Shown: piece after piece, positions 62,011 to 64,000 of the stretch
Position numbering within the stretch: the first letter of the stretch is position 1
Layout: every line of letters starts with the position of its first letter
Assembly: GCA_900016865.1 (NCBI GenBank)
Contig: FIZI01000006.1
Coordinates: 114,781-178,780 of the forward strand
Reading direction: 5' to 3'
Length of the DNA stretch: 64,000 bases
Source of the DNA: an uncultured Clostridia bacterium
Lineage (GTDB): Bacteria > Bacillota > DTU014
Translations under genes and position numbers: made by a program
Notes under the pieces: model-generated
The model's input: only the letters and a program-made list of their open reading frames with translations
What the model was told of the DNA's origin: nothing
Database searches by the model: none

Positions 62011-62454
62011 CTAACTCAGCAGTATCTTAGCACCGATTGCGATCAACGCTATTGCAGCGAATTTTAGGGGAGTGAACGGGAGCTTCTCAGCTCCGAGGAT
62101 CCCGAGATGGTCTATGAGTGCGGCTGTCAACAGCTGCATCACGATGATGCCGGTCGTACCTGCTGCAGTGTTGACTTTACTAAGGCTGTAAGCCACTGCG
62201 TAGATAATCAGCACATTGAGCGGACCTCCCAAGAGGGTGTACCACTTGACTCTTGTTATCTCGGCCAGGTTTTCACGCTCGACGCCCCCGATGAGGACAA
62301 CGGTTGCCAGGATCGCAGTTGCTAGCAGGTGCACCACAAAGGTAGCTCCAAAGAGGCCTAGGCCCCGTGACAACTCCGAGTTGAGCTTGCCCTGAGTCGC
62401 CATTGTAGCTCCTGCCAGTCCTGCAGCTATCAATGCCACTATTTTTTCACCCAT
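62011..62454 (-). CDS. DMT family (YdcZ-like) transporter
   Basis: Q..LN..L, W..LLGG, Q...A..IDH.G. Confidence 0.88.
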   Translation of the reverse strand: MGEKIVALIAAGLAGATMATQGKLNSELSRGLGLFGATFVVHLLATAILATVVLIGGVERENLAEITRVKWYTLLGGPLNVLIIYAVAYSLSKVNTAAGTTGIIVMQLLTAALIDHLGILGAEKLPFTPLKFAAIALIAIGAKILLS

Positions 62455-62638
62455 TGAACGGCCCCCAGAGAATCCAGATTGGCTACAGCGCCAGCATCCG
62501 TTAGGGTCTCCGAGGTGTCGCCACGGGATACGTCCTTCAACGAGTCAGGTGTGTGTATGCTGGTTTGAGGCGAGGAACCGAAAGGACAAGGGTGGAATTT
62601 GTAGAACATAGCTAAGGCGATCAATAAGGATAGGGAGG

Positions 62639-62971
62639 ATGATGGAAGTGATTGTATCTACTACTCCCACGCTGCAGGGAAAGCGCATTACCAAGTACTT
62701 GGGTATCGTTACCGGTGAGGCGATACTTGGAGCGAATGTGTTTCGCGACATGTTGGCTGGTATTCGGGATATCATTGGCGGGCGGTCCGGAGCGTACGAA
62801 CAGGAGCTGCGCAAAGCAAAAGACATTGCGTTGAAGGAAATGATGGACCAAGCGAGGTCTTTGGGAGCAACGGCGGTTGTGGGTATCGATCTGGACTATG
62901 AGACTATAGGCAATAGCATGCTTATGGTGAGCGCAAGCGGAACTGCAGTGGTTTGTGAAGATGAGCAGTAG
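62639..62971 (+). CDS. YbjQ (UPF0145) family protein
   Basis: G.V.GE.I.GAN..RD, GGRS..YE, MV.ASGTAV. Confidence 0.95.
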   Translation: MMEVIVSTTPTLQGKRITKYLGIVTGEAILGANVFRDMLAGIRDIIGGRSGAYEQELRKAKDIALKEMMDQARSLGATAVVGIDLDYETIGNSMLMVSASGTAVVCEDEQ

Positions 62972-63228
62972 CCTGGCTATGGCGTGGCAGGCACGCGGGC
63001 GCATGCGTGCTGAGTCCGGGTGGCTCTAAGTACATATAGTCTGATTTGCGTATGTGGGTAAACGTAGATGACGAGAAAAGATCTCGTCTCTTGATAGACA
63101 CGGCATACGGGTCCGGTGTAGTATCAGTGCAACTGCACCCAATATTTGGAAGGGTGTCCGAGCAGGTTAAGCTCTCAACCCCTGCTCGAAGAGCGGTGAC
63201 AACGCCAACGGTTCGTCCATCGTGTGTG

Positions 63229-63257
63229 TTGACTTCGGTGAAATGATGGTCTATAAT
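63229..63257 (+). promoter_or_regulatory. SigA promoter for tRNA-Ala
   Basis: TTGACT-17 bp-TATAAT. Confidence 0.85.
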
Positions 63258-63285
63258 AGACATCGGCGCTTGGAGAGACATATAT

Positions 63286-63361
63286 GGGGCTGTAGCTCAG
63301 TTGGGAGAGCGCCTGAATGGCATTCAGGAGGTCGTGGGTTCGATTCCCATCGGCTCCACCA
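63286..63361 (+). tRNA. tRNA-Ala (GGC)
   Basis: GGGGCTG acceptor with G3:U70, CCTGA-AT-GGC-AT-TCAGG, CCA end. Confidence 0.98.
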
Positions 63362-63364
63362 GAC

Positions 63365-63390
63365 AAATCCGGCTAAAGCCGGGTTTTTTT
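63365..63390 (+). terminator. Intrinsic terminator
   Basis: ATCCGGC/GCCGGGT stem plus T-run. Confidence 0.85.
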
Positions 63391-63526
63391 GTGTACTCGC
63401 CTAGCTATCGCCGTGCAATATCACTCCTTTCGCAGGTATGAGATTTGGAGGGGAAAGGCGCCCCTCTTGAGAAAGCAGACTGCGATTGCATATCAGGCAG
63501 GCCTGCATACTGATTCATACCTCTGA

Positions 63527-63967
63527 TTGGGGGTGAGCCACGTGAGATTCTCAACGCGGGAGACTAGAGCCGCATTGGTTTGCTTGATCGCGTCATGCTT
63601 TTTTGCGATAGGGTTGGCCGGAGCAAGGGACAAACCGCAGATCAATTTGTACGTCGTAGACGATTGGCCGGTCTCCGACTCGGGTTATCTGGAAGTTCCT
63701 GTGACTGAGCGTCAGTATTCAGAGGCTCCGGCCGAATCGAGTGCGTACATATACACGCCGAGCCTCGTGCAAGTCCTTAATGAGTATGGGATTGACGAAT
63801 GGCAGACCATCAAAGGTATTGGGCCTTCGCTAGCCAGCCGAATAGTCGACTATCGCGACGCCAACGGCCCGTTTGAGTCCATTGATGATCTCCTAGGTGT
63901 GTCCGGCATAGGCCCTGCGAAGCTTTCGCAGATAGAGTCTGGCTTGCGAGCGCAGTGGGGGTGGTGA
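63527..63967 (+). CDS. ComEA-like helix-hairpin-helix DNA-binding protein
   Basis: IKGIGPSLASRIVDYR..NGPF.SIDDL..VSGIGP; N-terminal TM segment; start uncertain. Confidence 0.85.
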   Translation: MGVSHVRFSTRETRAALVCLIASCFFAIGLAGARDKPQINLYVVDDWPVSDSGYLEVPVTERQYSEAPAESSAYIYTPSLVQVLNEYGIDEWQTIKGIGPSLASRIVDYRDANGPFESIDDLLGVSGIGPAKLSQIESGLRAQWGW

Positions 63968-64000
63968 CCCTGAGTGCTTGCGATAACAGTAGCGTTTTTC

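Overview
A ~54% GC chromosomal segment from an anaerobic, probably spore-forming Firmicute. This taxon call is inferred from yabP/yabQ/spoIID-like/spoIVFB, Prp-processed L27, CtsR boxes, sigA/sigE promoters, rho and minE. Most of the window is core genome: rho-rlmH; mazG-yabPQ-divIC-yabR; pflBA behind a ZMP/ZTP riboswitch; an rseC-nfnAB-rnf energy cluster; maf-radC-mreBCD-mrdA-minCDE-rodA; rng-rplU-prp-rpmA-obg-proBA-nadD-yqeK-rsfS; and four tRNAs. I saw no CRISPR array, integrase, transposase or prophage. The most interesting signals are not in the ORF track. (1) A 1-kb regulatory cassette at 24.4-25.35 kb: a 92-codon leader ORF whose 3' end can disrupt both a terminator and an SD-sequestering hairpin in front of a CD3324/Mor-like regulator, followed by an orphan Trp-Trp leader peptide (MINQRWWEA) with its own terminator and no target gene. 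(2) An L,D-transpeptidase separated from an intact LysM domain by a single in-frame TGA. (3) An RnfD-RnfG fusion. (4) A DUF501-Ppx fusion. (5) A TetR/radical-SAM pair with two related palindromic operators. (6) Several unexplained multi-hairpin intergenic elements. All family calls come from motif recognition by eye; no database search or folding program was run.
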